Below, piece after piece: positions 13,645-27,543 of a stretch of DNA of 64,000 bases. The translations under genes and the position numbers were made by a program. The stretch comes from Octopus vulgaris. Taxonomy: Eukaryota. How positions within the stretch are numbered: position 1 is the first letter of the stretch; every line of letters starts with the position of its first letter. The notes under the pieces are model-generated. The model did not search any database. It saw nothing but the letters and a program-made list of their open reading frames with translations, and had not been told where the DNA came from. Location: the NCBI GenBank assembly GCA_951406725.2, contig OX597823.1, positions 186,001 to 250,000 on the forward strand. The letters run 5' to 3'.

Positions 13645-13714
13645 CATTAGGTCTAATAATAAGAGCTAATTCTCCTGAATGTGTCTCCCGAGACGCTTTG
13701 ATAAACATCACAAC
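13645..13714 (-). CDS. PTPN4: PTPN4-like exon, PDZ end (VVMFIKASRETHSGELALIIRPN)
   Basis: 70 nt, tatcag acceptor, G|gtaaat donor, phase 0/1. Matches VVLFIKASCERHSGELMLLVRPN. Confidence 0.95.
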
Positions 13715-14564
13715 CTGATAAAGAAAGGAAATGAATCACATTAATACATTTATGGTTAAATCTTTTTATTGTTAATTAAATTGATCTTTAGCAAAACTGT
13801 AATTAATTGAACATCTCACAGTGACCCACTAATTTCATGCAACATATATCCTGTGATGGTGAAAAGTAGCAATGAGGTTGCAACATCGCTGTTTTGGGCA
13901 TGTGGTGGATGAAGATAAACTTACACATTAAAATAACTGTAGCATCCAATCACTTTTTGGGTCGAGATAATGTGCTCAGTTGTCCAGAGCAGATCCAGAG
14001 GCATCTAATCTACTAGGCCATGACCTATTATTCCACTTTGTTTACATATTTTACAATTACAACTTAATTTAAAACAATTCAAAGTGGACTTGAGTGAAAC
14101 TAAAACTTGTCTAGTAACATACCCTGCAACATACCCCAACACTGTCAAGTTAATAGTATAGCTTGCTTCTAAGTCAGATTGAAGACTGACTTTATCAGTG
14201 AATAGAATGTAATTTGCAACCTGACAGCCTCATAGAACTTGGTAATTCTAACAAGACTATTTAGATTTATTTGATAACATATTACAAAAATAAACTGATT
14301 TTCATCTCAGCAAACCAATTCAAGTTTTATCAGCATAAACCTTAATACATATTCTAGTGAATTAGGCCAGTCCTAAAAAAATAAGTCACTGACATTATAC
14401 AGTTAATCTGTTAAGGGAATGAAATTACTAAAATTCTCAAGAGATCTGCTGTGATAAAACTACAAATCTGCATTAAAAGAGACCAAACCAGATCAGTGTA
14501 GAGCCGCACTGATCTCAAAATGGTATAAAAAGAATAAAAAAATATACAGTTATAAGGCACCTAC

Positions 14565-14708
14565 CTGTTCATGAGTGTGTTGAGAAACATCACGGCCATT
14601 TATAAATAACACTTGGTCGCCCTCGTTTAGCCGAGGTATACATAAATCTGCTGGGGTATTGGGTGCCACCCGAGAAACTATGATGGGCATACACTGGTCA
14701 GATCCACC
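14565..14708 (-). CDS. PTPN4: PTPN4-like exon, PDZ core ([48 protein letters not shown])
   Basis: 144 nt, ttttag acceptor, CAG|gtaggt donor, phase 0/0. Close match to the PTPN4 PDZ motif [23 protein letters not shown]. Confidence 0.96.
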
Positions 14709-15058
14709 CTAAAAACAAGAAGGAAAAGAAAACATAGTAATTGTAAAATTGGGATTTTTCAACTGTTTCAAAAAATCCCCCAAAAGCTAAGTATGTAAAG
14801 AATTGGGTAGTAGTAGTAGTAGTAGTAGTAGTAGGTCAAGCTTAACAAACACTAACAATCAGAAAGATATCATTTTATTTTTATTTTTTGACAATGGGAA
14901 AATGGAAGGCAAATTCATTAGCCAAAACTACTGAAATATTCTGCTGATTTAGCCACAGACAATGTAAATAGTTTCTTATTTGGGCACAAGATCACAAGAG
15001 ACTGAACAACTTTCTTAAATTGATCCAAGTAATAGTTTATCAGCGTTAGAGAATTGTA

Positions 15059-15891
15059 CGAGGTGGTATCAACTACTTCCTGGACTAGTTCTGTAGCATG
15101 CCAACAAATGGCAGCACATGGTTGCATGTGCACAACGAGAGTTAGCAGTGACCTTCATGGGGCACTCTGCTGAGTGACATCACTGTGTTTACTTTGCAAG
15201 TTGTGAAATTTGCATTTTTGTGATCGCATGTGTGTATGCTGTAGTCTGTGATTTTGTTGGAGCAAAGAGCCAACGCAGCAGTCATCACAATGGAAGAGCC
15301 CTTCATCTCCACAAGTGAAGAAGGCATGACAGAGCCACAGCTCAATCAAGAGCATGCTCAATGGTTTTTTCAACATCCGTGATATTGTGCTTAGAGAATT
15401 CCTCCCCAGGGCCAGACCATCAATTGAGAGTTCTACTGTGATGTTTTGAGGCATTTGAGAAGCGTTTGAGGGAGGACATTTGGTGAAAGCAACCAGATCT
15501 GTGCAGTGTGAAAAATTAGATTCTTTACAACAAAAATGCACCCTGTCATCAAGCTCTCCTCATTTGTGGGTTCCTTGCCAAAAACACCATGGCATCACTT
15601 CTACACCTGCCCAATTCACCTATGGAATTCTGTCTCTTCCCTAAAATATGACAGCAGCTCAAAGGCTGCTGCTTTAGCACCATTGTCAAGATTCAGAGTG
15701 AATCACAGAAGGACCCTTGACTTACTTATGGAAAATAGCTTCCAGGCCAGATTAAAAAAATGGCAAGAATGCTGGGACCAGAGTATTGCTGCACAACATG
15801 GCTATGTTGAAGGAGATGATGCTAAAACTTAGGTAAGTAAGTTATTTTTTATCAAACACAACTAGTCTGCAAACTTTTTGATACCATCTTA
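15059..15891 (+). mobile_element. Internally deleted mariner element
   Basis: TA-flanked TIRs (cgaggtggtatcaa / ttgataccatctta). Transposase remnant KSMLNGFFNIRDIVLREFLPQGQTIN. Confidence 0.8.
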
Positions 15892-16928
15892 TAAAACAAC
15901 AAAGATGAACTGAGAAAATAAAGTGACACAATATCAAACAATATCAAATATTTGTTTGGTACACTACTCATTCAGCCATTCACTCTCTAACTGTAAAAAT
16001 GATAATTATAATAATTTCCATTTTTTTTTTCTTGTGAGTTTTTTCTTGAATAAAAAAATTCTATTCAGTCATGTAGCTCAATTTTCCAAATTGGATCTTG
16101 GAACTAAGGTTACAAATTGACACTTTATTTAATATCAAGGGGATGTCTATCAAGGACCATCTCAGTTCACACAGCATCAGGCTATGCTATAAGATGTGTA
16201 GCATAAATAGCTGATATATAGAGAGGCCTAATTTAGCTGAATAGACAGGGGGGGGGGGAGAGAGAGAGAGACTGATTCTTCATTCAAATTTCACGGGTTA
16301 AAAACAAAATTGTGCTCTGAATGTTTATAAATGTTTGCAACTAATATTAATGCTGACTTTGAAAAATGTTCATTTTTAACCATCTTGCATGATTTTTGTG
16401 AGACAGAAATACTGTACATCCGGTAAAACCAGAGCTGTGATGAAATTATGTTCTGCAGAAAGCCATGGCATTGTTCCTTCCAGATTATGAAATGACATGG
16501 AAGGCCGTTGTCTGAATTCCAGAATGGAAACAACAAGATTTTCTAAGGTTATGGAATTGATTTTATTCAATGAATCATATATGCGGATACCAAATTAAGT
16601 TTTTTCTCATATTTGCTTTTATGGGGGCAAGAAAAGTTTTTATCTAATTAACAATTAAATGATGTGACTTCTAAGTGAAGAAAATGCTAAAATAATGCTA
16701 ATTACTTTTGTTTCACTTGTGATTCTTACACTTTGCAGAAACAATGAAGCAACAGAACTGATTTAGTGAAAAAGTTATATTTTCTGGACTTTAAACTGAG
16801 AATTGGAGACCAGGATAAGGATTGGGCACCTTGTGAGGATGGGCAACTGGAAAAAGGAAGAAACTAGAATTTGGAATACAAATGATTCGGAAAGAATCTA
16901 ACCATCTGATACAAACTTTTTCTGTTTA

Positions 16929-17740
16929 CCGTAAAAACCCATGTAATTTCCACATTTCTTTTTCACAAAAATAAAAATGAACTTTAGGGGAGTAGGTCAT
17001 TTCTAGATTTTTTTTTAGAAATGTACAAAACTGAACTATTCGTACCCGAAGTTGACTCATTTAATGTCAGAATAGACTTTTATAGAAAAAATAACGGCTT
17101 AAATATAATGAAGTTGACTTCTGTTTATAATGGATGGTATAATGCTTACTTTTTTTGTATAAATTTACTAAAAAACCATTAAATGGTTAACTACTTTTTG
17201 AAGTCTGACATCATGCTGGTAATCACAGTGTGAGCCATATTTTACATATTTTACTCAGTGGAGTAAAGTGTCATCCAAGCTGCTGTTTATTGGTAATTAA
17301 ACTTATTTTGCAATACCTGTGCATATTTATCAGCTTTGTTTTTGTTGATAAGAATTATCAACAACTTTTCCTGTGATTGTGATTTAAGAAGGCATACAGC
17401 AGTATGCTAAAGATCGGACATAATCTCTTGTGGGCAAGAAATGTAAAATAAAGTTTATTATAAACAACACAAACACTTTGTAATTTAATAAGTTTTAATG
17501 TGATACCTGTTGAACAGAAATTATTTTTATTTAATGAAAATTTAATAAGATCTAATCATAAGTAAATGAAATTATGCTAAATACAGCTAAACTGAAAATA
17601 TCTTGCCCCTGGCTATATTGGCAATTCTGAAAACATTTGGGTGTGAATTTTACATGAGTAGAAACCTTTTTTAATGATTTTTATTCTGAAAATTACCTGT
17701 GTAAATTACACAGGTGTGCAAATTACATGGGTTTTTATGG
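16929..17740. mobile_element. 812-bp Tc1/pogo-type MITE
   Basis: TA|ccgtaaaaacccatgtaatt ... aattacatgggtttttatgg|TA. Confidence 0.88.
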
Positions 17741-17799
17741 TAGCTAATACTAAAAGATTTTAATACTAAAAACAAAGTGAAAATTTGGCATCAGCAATC

Positions 17800-18860
17800 T
17801 GACCAGAATCTGCCAGTGATGAGATTCCTGTGCTCATTTACAAAGTGAGTATTGACCGAGATAGGGAAAATATATACAGGAACCAGATGACAACTTGCTG
17901 GACGGATGATGACTGAAGTTATGTTGAAGAATCAATTCCAGAGAAATTCTCAGAAAATGAATGACTTGGTTCGTTATTCAGACCTGTCCTCAGAGTTGCT
18001 AGCCTCAAGACTTGCTGAAAAAAACACTTGTTGCATCTAAATGTTACAATATCATTTTACTGCAAAAGACACAAAGCATTTTTATAGTATTTTAGTGAAT
18101 AAGATTTTTGTGTATGGTAATATTATTGAACCTGCCTTAAATGAAATGGTTGTGAAAAACTAATCTCCTGATGGCTAGAGACTTTTAAGTGATAGTTCAA
18201 AGTGAAGTTTGAAGTATGTTCTTCTCCACGATGGGAATGAATTTGGTTCAATTCTGATGGCTCACTCAGTGAAGGCAAAATAGAAAGTGTGAAACACGTT
18301 TTGAATGTGATAGCCTACAACCGTCATGACTGGATCATATGCATAGATCTGAAGATGTTTTGATTTCTCCTTGGGCAATAGAGCAGGTGTATGAATACCC
18401 ATGCTTTCTTTGCTTGTGGGACATTAGAGTAAATTCTGAACTTTGATAGAGAAAGGATTGGCCAACAAGAGCTCAAATGAATGTTGAAAACACAAAACAA
18501 AATGAACATTATAAATTAGCCATTAATTGACAAAAACAGAATTAATTTCCCTCCCCTTCATATGGGTTTAATGAAACAATTTGTGAAAGGAAGGGGACTG
18601 CATTGATTATATTTATAGAGTTTTTCCAGGGTTTAATGAAGAAAAATTGAAGGTTGCTATTTTCAATGGATCACAAATGAGAAAGCTTCTCAGGGAACCA
18701 GAATTTGTGCTTTCCATGAACGAAGCTCAAGTAACTGCTTGGAATATACTTGCAGAGGTTATGACCAAATTCTTTAGAAATGTAAAGCACAGCAGCTCGA
18801 CACTGAAATGGTAAACCATTTAATTCACAATTTCTATGCCCTTTGCTGTAACATGTTCAA
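17800..18860 (+). pseudogene. Decayed Chapaev3-like (CMC) transposase
   Basis: Remnants MNDLVRYSDLSSELLASRLAEKN, DSSK.SLKYVLLHDGN, WIICIDLKM, PPLH-GLMKQFVK, with frameshifts and stops. Family assignment from recalled motifs. Confidence 0.65.
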
Positions 18861-18928
18861 GAAATTTTGGCAAGAACTCCAAAGCTGCATAGAATCAAAT
18901 GACTTCACTCTAAACTCTTCATCTAGTA

Positions 18929-19104
18929 CAAGGGTCTCCAAAGCGGTCGATATCGACCCCTGGGGGTTGATGGGACTATTCAAGGGGTTAATAGATGCAC
19001 ATCTACTTAATTATATTTATTTTCTTGTACATGCCTTGGGGGGTTGATGAGAGGTCAAAGGTTCCATGAAAGGGTCAATGGTCTAAAAAGTTTGGGGACC
19101 CCTG
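18929..19104. mobile_element. hAT/Charlie-like MITE
   Basis: TIRs caagggtctccaaa / tttggggacccctg; imperfect 8-bp TSD atctagta / atctaatg. Confidence 0.75.
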
Positions 19105-19789
19105 ATCTAATGAGACATGGCCATTGCTTATTCTATACAACACTTATTCATGACACTTTCCTCCAGTGGTACTGACAATACAGATCTGGGCCCCATTCAT
19201 TGACTCTGAGTAAAGTAGGATGAGAGAATTATGGCTATAAGTTAATCAGCAATTGGTGTATTTATTCAATTCATTACAGTGTTAGCAATTATCAAAAGTA
19301 ATGAGTATTATTTCTCTCTGTTGTCATAAAACCAAAGCAAAAATGGAGAAAGTCATTATTGAAGTAGAATGGCTACACGTAATTAAACTACATGTAATTA
19401 GACTAGTTCAACATAATTAATCTATGTCTCTTGTATAAAGCAAAATAATTCAAAAGAGTTCTTATTTTCCATATCTAATTTTCGTATGTTATAAACATGG
19501 TCCATGTATCATATAATTTGGAAAATACTGGATCAGTGTTGAATAAATAAATTAAACAATAACTGTGGGTTGGGTTTTCCACCAGAAATTTATATTTGAA
19601 GGAAGCTTTTTATTTTTTTTTCAGACCATGTGAAATTTTTCCCGTAAAAAAACAAAAAACAAAATAAAAACAGAGGTGAATCCAGCATGATTGGAAGTTA
19701 GAGATGAAACAAGCTGCTGCTGACAATATAGTACGATTCTCTACCCTGCTAAGATCCTTAGGATTAGCATGAAACACAATACTACATAC

Positions 19790-19879
19790 CTTCACATTAA
19801 ACCCAAATTTCCCTTGTTCATCCGGTTTCATTTTGATGGTAACTAATCCTTGACTGTCAGTATAACCATTGCCATTTGA
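19790..19879 (-). CDS. PTPN4: PTPN4/Ptpmeg-like phosphatase, exon starting the PDZ domain (SNGNGYTDSQGLVTIKMKPDEQGKFGFNVK)
   Basis: 90 nt, ttttag acceptor, AAG|gtatgt donor, phase 0/0. Peptide matches the PTPN4 PDZ start as I recall it (LVLIRMKPDENGRFGFNVK). Confidence 0.93.
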
Positions 19880-20985
19880 CTAAAAGAGAGAAAAAAAAGC
19901 ATATATGAAACTTAAAAATACATTAAAAAAATTCATCAGAAGAAATTACAATTATCAAATACCAGTTACACAATAGTATTAATTACAACTATGTAAAATA
20001 ATGAAGTTTATTCAAGCTATTGTGACTTTGCCATCTTTAATGATGTTATTGAAAGTCATTTATCCCTTTTTTTAGTCAAAGAAAAAAAATCTTCTTCTGG
20101 AGGAAGGTGAGATACACTGAAAGAAATATTAAGAATTAAAATAATTGATCTTTTCTAGTGTGTATTAGATAGCCCAATGTGATGGCGAGTTTTTTGTTAA
20201 ACAACCCTTTCGTAATCAATTCCCTGCTATCAACATTTCATCGTCCCTTATAAGTCTCAGATCTCTTGATTTGGTAGGTAATTATTCATTTATTCATTAA
20301 TAATGACTAACACTATCAACATTGTTGGATTGAAGAGCTGACAGACAAAATATTCTGTTGGAATAACACATTGCCTGAATATCTGACAGTCCCTGGATCC
20401 TGTACACACGTGAAAGGAGATATGTAGCATTTAGGGTCTTACATCTTCAGAATTTACAAACTTATGGTCAGTTCACATCTATTCATTAACAAAACTTAAT
20501 TATTCACAAAACTAGAAAACATCAGTTTGTCAAGAAATAACAGGTGTCATGTTATTTAGTTTCATACTAAGTTTGTTTAAACCTTGCTGACAGGTGGAGA
20601 GGCACCTGCAATACTTGCTTCTCTCTATGAAGCATTATGATTAGCAACAAGTCTTAAAAGTTTAGAAATAACAAGAAATTCAATTTTTATTTTTCAGAGT
20701 GTGTATGGTTACATAAATAACTGTTATTATACATACATAGACAATAATTACTATGGAGATCTTGTTTGACATGAATAGCCATGTGTTTAGGCCACCCAAT
20801 CTTTTATACTTTTTGATTTTTAATTAATTTTTATATGAGTAAAGTAGTGGATGTTAAACGAGGATGATGAAATTAAAAATATTAATTATTAATTTATAGA
20901 TATGTAATTTTATATTCTGTGTCTGCATAAATTAATGTACTGGTGAAAACTGTGTGTGTTTGTGAGTGTATATGCATATCAAGTA

Positions 20986-21019
<34 letters not shown>

Positions 21020-22670
21020 CTACATATACAAAGTAGCTGAGTGGTAGAGCCACTAAAACTTCAGATAGATTTCTTTGTAATAATTGTTCTAGATCCGTTT
21101 ACTCTGAGTCGAAATTAAACCAACTTTGCTTTTCATCCATTCATGGTTGATAAATAAGTACCAGTTCTGTACTGGGGCCAATTCTTCTCTTTTTCTAACT
21201 CTCCCTTTCTGAAAGAAATTGACTGTATTTAGACCTGGAGATAAATGGTTTTTGCCAGACTGAAAATGTCTGAGACATACCTGAGACGCTAACCATCTCC
21301 AACCACTCCAACAGATGGTTAAGGGATACAGCAATACATATACTATCTATTTTTGTATACCTATAGCTACATATCTATATATACATGTATGTGTGTAAAA
21401 ATATATACAAAAGTACATATATGAATTTTTCATAAAGCAAAACAGTTATTTACAGTAAAAAATAATTGGTTCAAAGAAAAATGTATTTTTATAGTATAAA
21501 AAACAAAACAAAAAACTGAACAACGATGAATTTTAGGGTGGGTCTACATGGATACCTTTCCTGTGACAGCTTCTCAGTAATGAAAACAGTAAAACAAAAT
21601 TCATAATCACCAAATGAAAAAGTTTTTAAACATTTAGCAGCAACAATAACAACAATAATGTGATTTAAAGAGACCAACAATAGATAAATAAATAGACATA
21701 GACAATACTTCACTCTCCTCTGCTAACAACGTTACCCTGGTGTCTTTCTAAACTAGACTATATACAAACAGCATTATTGTTCATGTGAAAAGAGAATCAA
21801 AAGAGAATTTTAAAAACCCATAAAATCATGAATACTAACAAAATGATTCCTGAAAATATTCGTATCATCATAGGGAAAAAAGAATCTCATTACAGATTGT
21901 AGGTATATAACGGTTACGTCGCTATGAAGAAGACAGAACAATTGTAAAGTAGAGTGGAGTGATTTTGCTTTTATGGGGATTAACCAGAAACTCAGCTGAA
22001 AAGAAGCACTCCTAGTCCCACATAATAAGTTTTCTAAACTGTCAACTGCTGATATAATTCAATGCATTCATACACAATTTGAAACTTCTAAATATAGAAG
22101 AATGCCCAACAGCTATTTCACAACATTTTCATAATGAATCAACAACCTTCCTGGGGAAGGTAAAAATGAGGGTGGCAAAGGGAGGAGGGGGGGACTTGAC
22201 TATTTAATTGAAAGAAGTAAGTAACAGGAAAAAACATTACTAGACTGCTAAAGCCTATAACTTACAGCAGTAAAGAAAATTAATCATTTCACATCACTGC
22301 ATGAGAGAGTGTGTGTGTGTGTGTGTGTACGTACAGAAAGATGTGCAAAAAAACGTAGTTTGTTGAGGGAGCATTATGAAATTAGAGTATGAAAATAGCT
22401 AGAACACCGACTGAAAGCTTCTTTGATGAGCTGCATTTATAGGTTTACCAAAGTAAAACTGATGAAGAAAGGAAATAAAAAGACAGGTCCATTATTAACC
22501 ATCAATTATTTCTTTCAACTGATTTTCAATGATGATCAGGAGTACTGGGGGGAAACCTATCGAATCCTCAATTATTACAGTTTACTCATGTGTTACAAAT
22601 TTTGAGCTTCAATATTTTATTTCCTAATTTTTAAATCACAAAAGCTTTTATGCCACTTGGAGTCATTCTA

Positions 22671-22727
<57 letters not shown>

Positions 22728-23789
22728 GGGTGGTAAGAAAAGGAGTGAGTGTTAACTTGTTTCAATTCTGGTTGTTACTGCTCCTTCAATTTGAAATTTA
22801 ACAACTAATACCAACAGCAATGACAGTGTTTCATGAGTGGTTGGACAAAGCTAGGTGGAGGTGGCGAGTCTACTTCTAGTATAATGGATGTCATCAGAAG
22901 AAGAAAAACTCAACAAATACAACATTGATTGACATCTGATCTGAAGAAATGAGAAGATATGATATCAAAGACAAGAAAATATAGAGAGAGACGCAAAAGA
23001 TGAAATAAATAAAAAGAAGAAAGGAATAAAAAGAAATAAAAACGCAAATGTAGAAGGAGAAAGTAGGGATCAATTAAGGTCTTTCATTCTGTTTACCATT
23101 AAAAGAAAAAAAACAACAAAAAAAAAACCAAGCTTTTTTTTCTGTAGATTAATTTTAATAAATTGGCTACAGACATAGACTGGGTGGTACCAAACTCCAA
23201 AGCAATGCACCATTCCTGCTAACTTTCGATTTAACATTTATTTTTCCCAGACGAACTGTCTTCTATCATAATTAGTGGAACAATATTGAAAATATACTTA
23301 TATCAATTAATAGTTGCGAGGTGCAGCTGGCAACAAAGAAAGAAGCTGCTGGAATAATTTAGGAAATTTGAAACAGAATAATTTACTTCAAATCTTAACC
23401 AGCTCAGCTCTTTCTTTCTCCGTGATTAGTAAAACATCTACAAGTGAGGTTGGGCCTCATGTTTCTGGTTATTGATTTGACAGGGTGACTCATGTACAAC
23501 CTTAGAGTCTTGAGCTAAAATAAGAGAGTCCACAAGAGCAGGAGAGACAAAGAGAGAGGTATAAACAGCAAGAGTTTTTAAATATTTATTTAGAGAGTAT
23601 TCCATGAATATTATTTCATCTGTGAAACTAAAGAAGAGAGCAAATATAATTTAGTAAGTGGGATTTGGTGAAGATGTAACATGACAAAGGATGAGTATCT
23701 GCAAATGTAACAGGAATTGAAAGCAGAATATATTTATACAGATGATAGCTGAATGTGAATGCAAGGATATATATATATATATATATTTA

Positions 23790-23985
23790 AATGAAGAACA
23801 AACACAAAAACAAAACAACGCAAGGTTATGGTACATGTAAAATATTAGCAGACACTCAGGAAAGAAAGATGGTTTAACATTTTGAGCAAAGCTCTTCTTC
23901 AGAAACAGAGGAAAGTCCAATACAAATGGAAGATGGAGGAAAAAAATCACCAATGATTCACATGTGGTTACATTTTGAAAAATGT
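23790..23985 (-). mobile_element. Penelope-like terminal fragment with decayed minimal hammerhead
   Basis: Homologous to 55940-56130. Minus strand reads GTTT-CTGAAGA-AGAGCtttGCTC-aAAAtGTT-AAAC. Confidence 0.55.
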
Positions 23986-24060
23986 ACATATATATATAGT
24001 TAAACCGTCCAACCCATGCTAGCATGGAAAACGGACGCTAAATGATGATGATGATGATGA

Positions 24061-24352
24061 TCACCGTGATCACCGTGACCGACCAGGCTATCAGATGTTG
24101 ATACACATCGCTGGTCACAATGCGCTTCACATTGTTTTAGCCTTCAAATGACGCCATCTCGCTGGCTAAGCGAGCAAGCCAACAGAAGAAAGAGTGAGAG
24201 AAAGTTGTGGCAAAAGAGTACAGCAGGGATCGCCACCAGACCCTGCTGGAGCATCGTGGAGCTTTAGGGGTTTTCGCTCAAAAAACACTCACAACGCCCG
24301 GTCTGGGAATCAAAACCGCGAGTCTGCTGCCCTAACCACTGGGCCATTGCGC

Positions 24353-24353
<1 letters not shown>
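24061..24353 (-). mobile_element. tRNA-headed SINE, tail type A
   Basis: Head ggcgcaatggcccagtggttaggg; 3' end in tandem tcacggtga repeats. Head and body shared with 26108-26485. Confidence 0.75.
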
Positions 24354-24399
<46 letters not shown>

Positions 24400-24400
<1 letters not shown>

Positions 24401-26070
24401 ATCATCATCATCATCATTATCGTTTAACGTCCGTTTTCCGCGCTAGCACAGGTTGGACGGTTCGACCGGGGTCTGGGAAGCCAGGGGCTGCTCCAGGCTC
24501 CAGTCTGATCTGGCAGAGTTTCTACGGCTGGATGCCCTTCCTAACGCCAACCACTCCGTGAGTGTAGTGGGTGCTTTTTACGTGCCACCTGCACAGGTGC
24601 CAGGGGGGGTCCGGCATCGGTCACGATCGGTTGGAGCTTTTAACGTGCCAGCGGCACGGAAGCCAGCCAACGTTCGGATGGTCTTTTTATGTGCCACCGG
24701 CACAGGAGCCAGTCGGGGTGGCGCTGACATCAGCCCGGGTCTTTGCAGTCACAGCATATCTCCTGAGTGTCTGTGGTATCTATTGTCCCTGTGCATCTGC
24801 CGCACATGAAAGCTATCTTATCTGTTAATTTCCCTTTAATGTTGCTGCACCTCTTGTGCGCCCATAGCTTACATTGGGTGCATTTTATGGAGTTTCTACC
24901 TACACCTTTCCTACAGATCGAGCAGGGCCACCTGCCCGAGGGGGTGTGTGCTGAGTTCGCCTTTCTGCTTACTATAACTTTGGTCTTTGCTACATTTACT
25001 CTAAGGCCCTTTGATTCTAACCCTTGCTTCCACACGCGAAATTTCTTTTCTAGTTCCGGTAGTGATTCTGCTATGAGAGCCAGGTCATCAGCATAGAGGA
25101 GCTCCCAAGGGCATCCTGTTTTGAATTCCTCTGTTATTGCCTGGAGGACTATGATGAATAAAAGGGGACTGAGGGCTAAGCCTTGGTGCACACCTACTTC
25201 TACCCGGAATTCTTCACTATATTCGTTGCCAATCCTAACCTTGCTGACAGCCTCTCTGTATAGAGCCTGTACAGCCCTTATTAGCCATTCGTCAATCTCC
25301 AGTTTCCGCATCGACCACCAGATAAGGGAATGGGGAACCCTATCAAAGGCTTTCTCCAAGTCCACAAAAACTATGTAGAGGGGTTTATCTTTAGCTAGGT
25401 ACTTCTCCTGCAGTTGTCGGACCAGGAATATAGCATCAGTGGTGCTTCTACCCGGCACAAAACCGAACTGCATTTCATCTAAGCAAATTCTCTCCCTAAT
25501 GAGATGGGTTATAACCCTCTCTGTGACCTTCATCACCTGATCCAACAGTTTGATACCCCTGTAGTTATTTCTATCTAGAGCATCACCCTTACCCTTGTAG
25601 CAGTTAACTATGGTGCTGCTACGCCAGTCATTGGGTATGACTCCATTATGAACTACCTGGTTTACAATGTGGGTGACTAGGCCATAGCCCACATAGCCAG
25701 CTATTTTAAGCATCTCAGCAGTGATTCCTGATGGGCCGGGGGCTTTACCCGGTTTCATATCCTTAATTGCCTTAACTACAAGGGAGCTGTCTATTCGGGT
25801 AGCTGGTCCCTCTACTGGGTCAACATTTGGCAGGCTCTCCTCCTCCCATTCATTCAGCAGTCTTTCATAATGTCTTCTCCAAGCCTCTTTCTTTTCACTA
25901 ACAGTAAAAGCAAGTGCCCCATCATCCATGCGGACACATTTCTCTCCTGTAACATCACTATTTTCTCTGACACACTGTCTGGCAATCCGAAATACCTCAG
26001 CTCTTTGGTCCTCACGTCGCTGGACATTGGCAAACTTCTTTTCTGCTACATCTTTGGCTATGTATACCTG

Positions 26071-26072
<2 letters not shown>
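24400..26072 (-). mobile_element. 5'-truncated, internally deleted RTE-clade LINE (RT ORF 24730-25929)
   Basis: KAPGPSG, YRGIKLL, QFGF, FVDLEKAFDRV, GVHQG..LSP and LLYADD motifs, then a Cys/His PHD-like finger. 3' UTR ends in (GAT)n. Confidence 0.95.
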
Positions 26073-26107
<35 letters not shown>

Positions 26108-26108
<1 letters not shown>

Positions 26109-26485
26109 TGGCATGCCTTTGGTTATGATGACGAGGGTTCCAGTTGATCCGATCAATGGAACCACCTGCTCATGAAATTAATGTGCAAGTGGCTGAGCAC
26201 TCCACAGACACATAACGTAGTTCTCGGGGAGATTCAGCGTGTCACAGAGTGTGACAAGGCTGGCCCTTTGAAATACAGGTACAACAGAAACAGGAAGTAA
26301 GAGTGAGAGAAAGTTGTGGTGAAAGAGTACAGCAGGGTTTGTCACCTCCCCCGCCTGCCAGACCCTTGTGGATCTTTAGGTGTTTTCTCTTAATAAATAC
26401 TCACAATTCCTGGTCTGTGAATTGATACCGTGATCCTACAACCATAAGTCTGATGCCCTAACCACTGGGCCATTGAGCCTCCACA
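26108..26485 (-). mobile_element. tRNA-headed SINE, tail type B
   Basis: Same head and body as 24061-24353 up to ctttctctcactctt, then a different 3' module. Confidence 0.75.
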
Positions 26486-26704
26486 CAAGTTACATATAAT
26501 TGACAAGAACCCAGTCATAACACAGAAAAGAAGTGAAGGTTGGATGGAAAAGGCAGAGAGTGTAGGTTGATATCCTAACAGAAGAAAGGAAGTTGGTGTG
26601 TGAAAGTAAGGATATAACTTTGATACTGCCATGACATCTGAAATAACTTGAAACAATTGTGTCATAGTGAAGGCATGATAACCCTTTAAAACACACATTA
26701 GATA

Positions 26705-26891
26705 TCTTTTACTTGTTTTAGTATGTGGCCATGCTGGAATACCCCCCTTGAAAGGTTTAGTCGAACAAATCAACCCCAGCCCTTATATTTAAGTGTGATG
26801 CTTGTGCTGTCAGTTTCTTTTACTGAACTGTTAAGTTATGGGGATGTACACAAACCAACATTGGTTATGAAACAGTGGTAGGGGATAAACA

Positions 26892-26925
<34 letters not shown>

Positions 26926-27065
26926 GGGCTTATTTCAGTTTCTGCCGACCAAAATCCACTCAAAAGGCTGTAGCCGACCTGGGCCTATAGTAGATGACAC
27001 TTGCCCAAGGCGCCACACATTATGACTGAGCCTGTAACCCAAACATCTAACCACAGAGTTGCACT
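26705..27065 (-). mobile_element. CORE-like SINE copy
   Basis: Reverse-complement similarity to 12445-12946, with internal (CA)n. Confidence 0.75.
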
Positions 27066-27512
27066 GCTACACATATACCATTAGATTCAGTTTTATTTTA
27101 TTCTGTAATAATGTTTCTTTATGTATCAAAGACTTTCACTGCACACAACCAAGCTACTGCTACAATTCCACCTGACTGCAACTGCATCAGTGACCGTTTC
27201 ATAGATGTACTTCAAAATTTTGAGACTTTATAGTTAATAATACAATTAAGCATTAACGAAACACAAATTAAACAGTCTATGTGCTTCAAATGGTTATCAA
27301 AATTCTTTCATATAATAATAAAAGAAGGAGTGTGTTAAAACAAGGAGATAAGAGAATGTCTGGCTTAGCAGTGGAGTTTCTTCTAACCAGGACATGACTA
27401 AAACTAAAAATAAAACAATGCATTTTTGACACTTATATCAGCCATTTACACATTTTTAAAAACCAAAATGAAAAATAAAAAGCTTTCACTCTGTTGAGAA
27501 AGGCCAGCAATC

Positions 27513-27543
<31 letters not shown>

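Noticed and set aside
21281-21334. Strong donor CAG|gtatgt with an open phase-0 frame
   Set aside because: No in-frame ATG before an upstream TAG, and no convincing acceptor.
22808-22940. Good acceptor followed by MTSIILEVDSPPPPSFVQPLMKHCHCCWY
   Set aside because: The frame ends in a stop, and the only nearby donor is weak and phase 2, which is incompatible with the PDZ exon.
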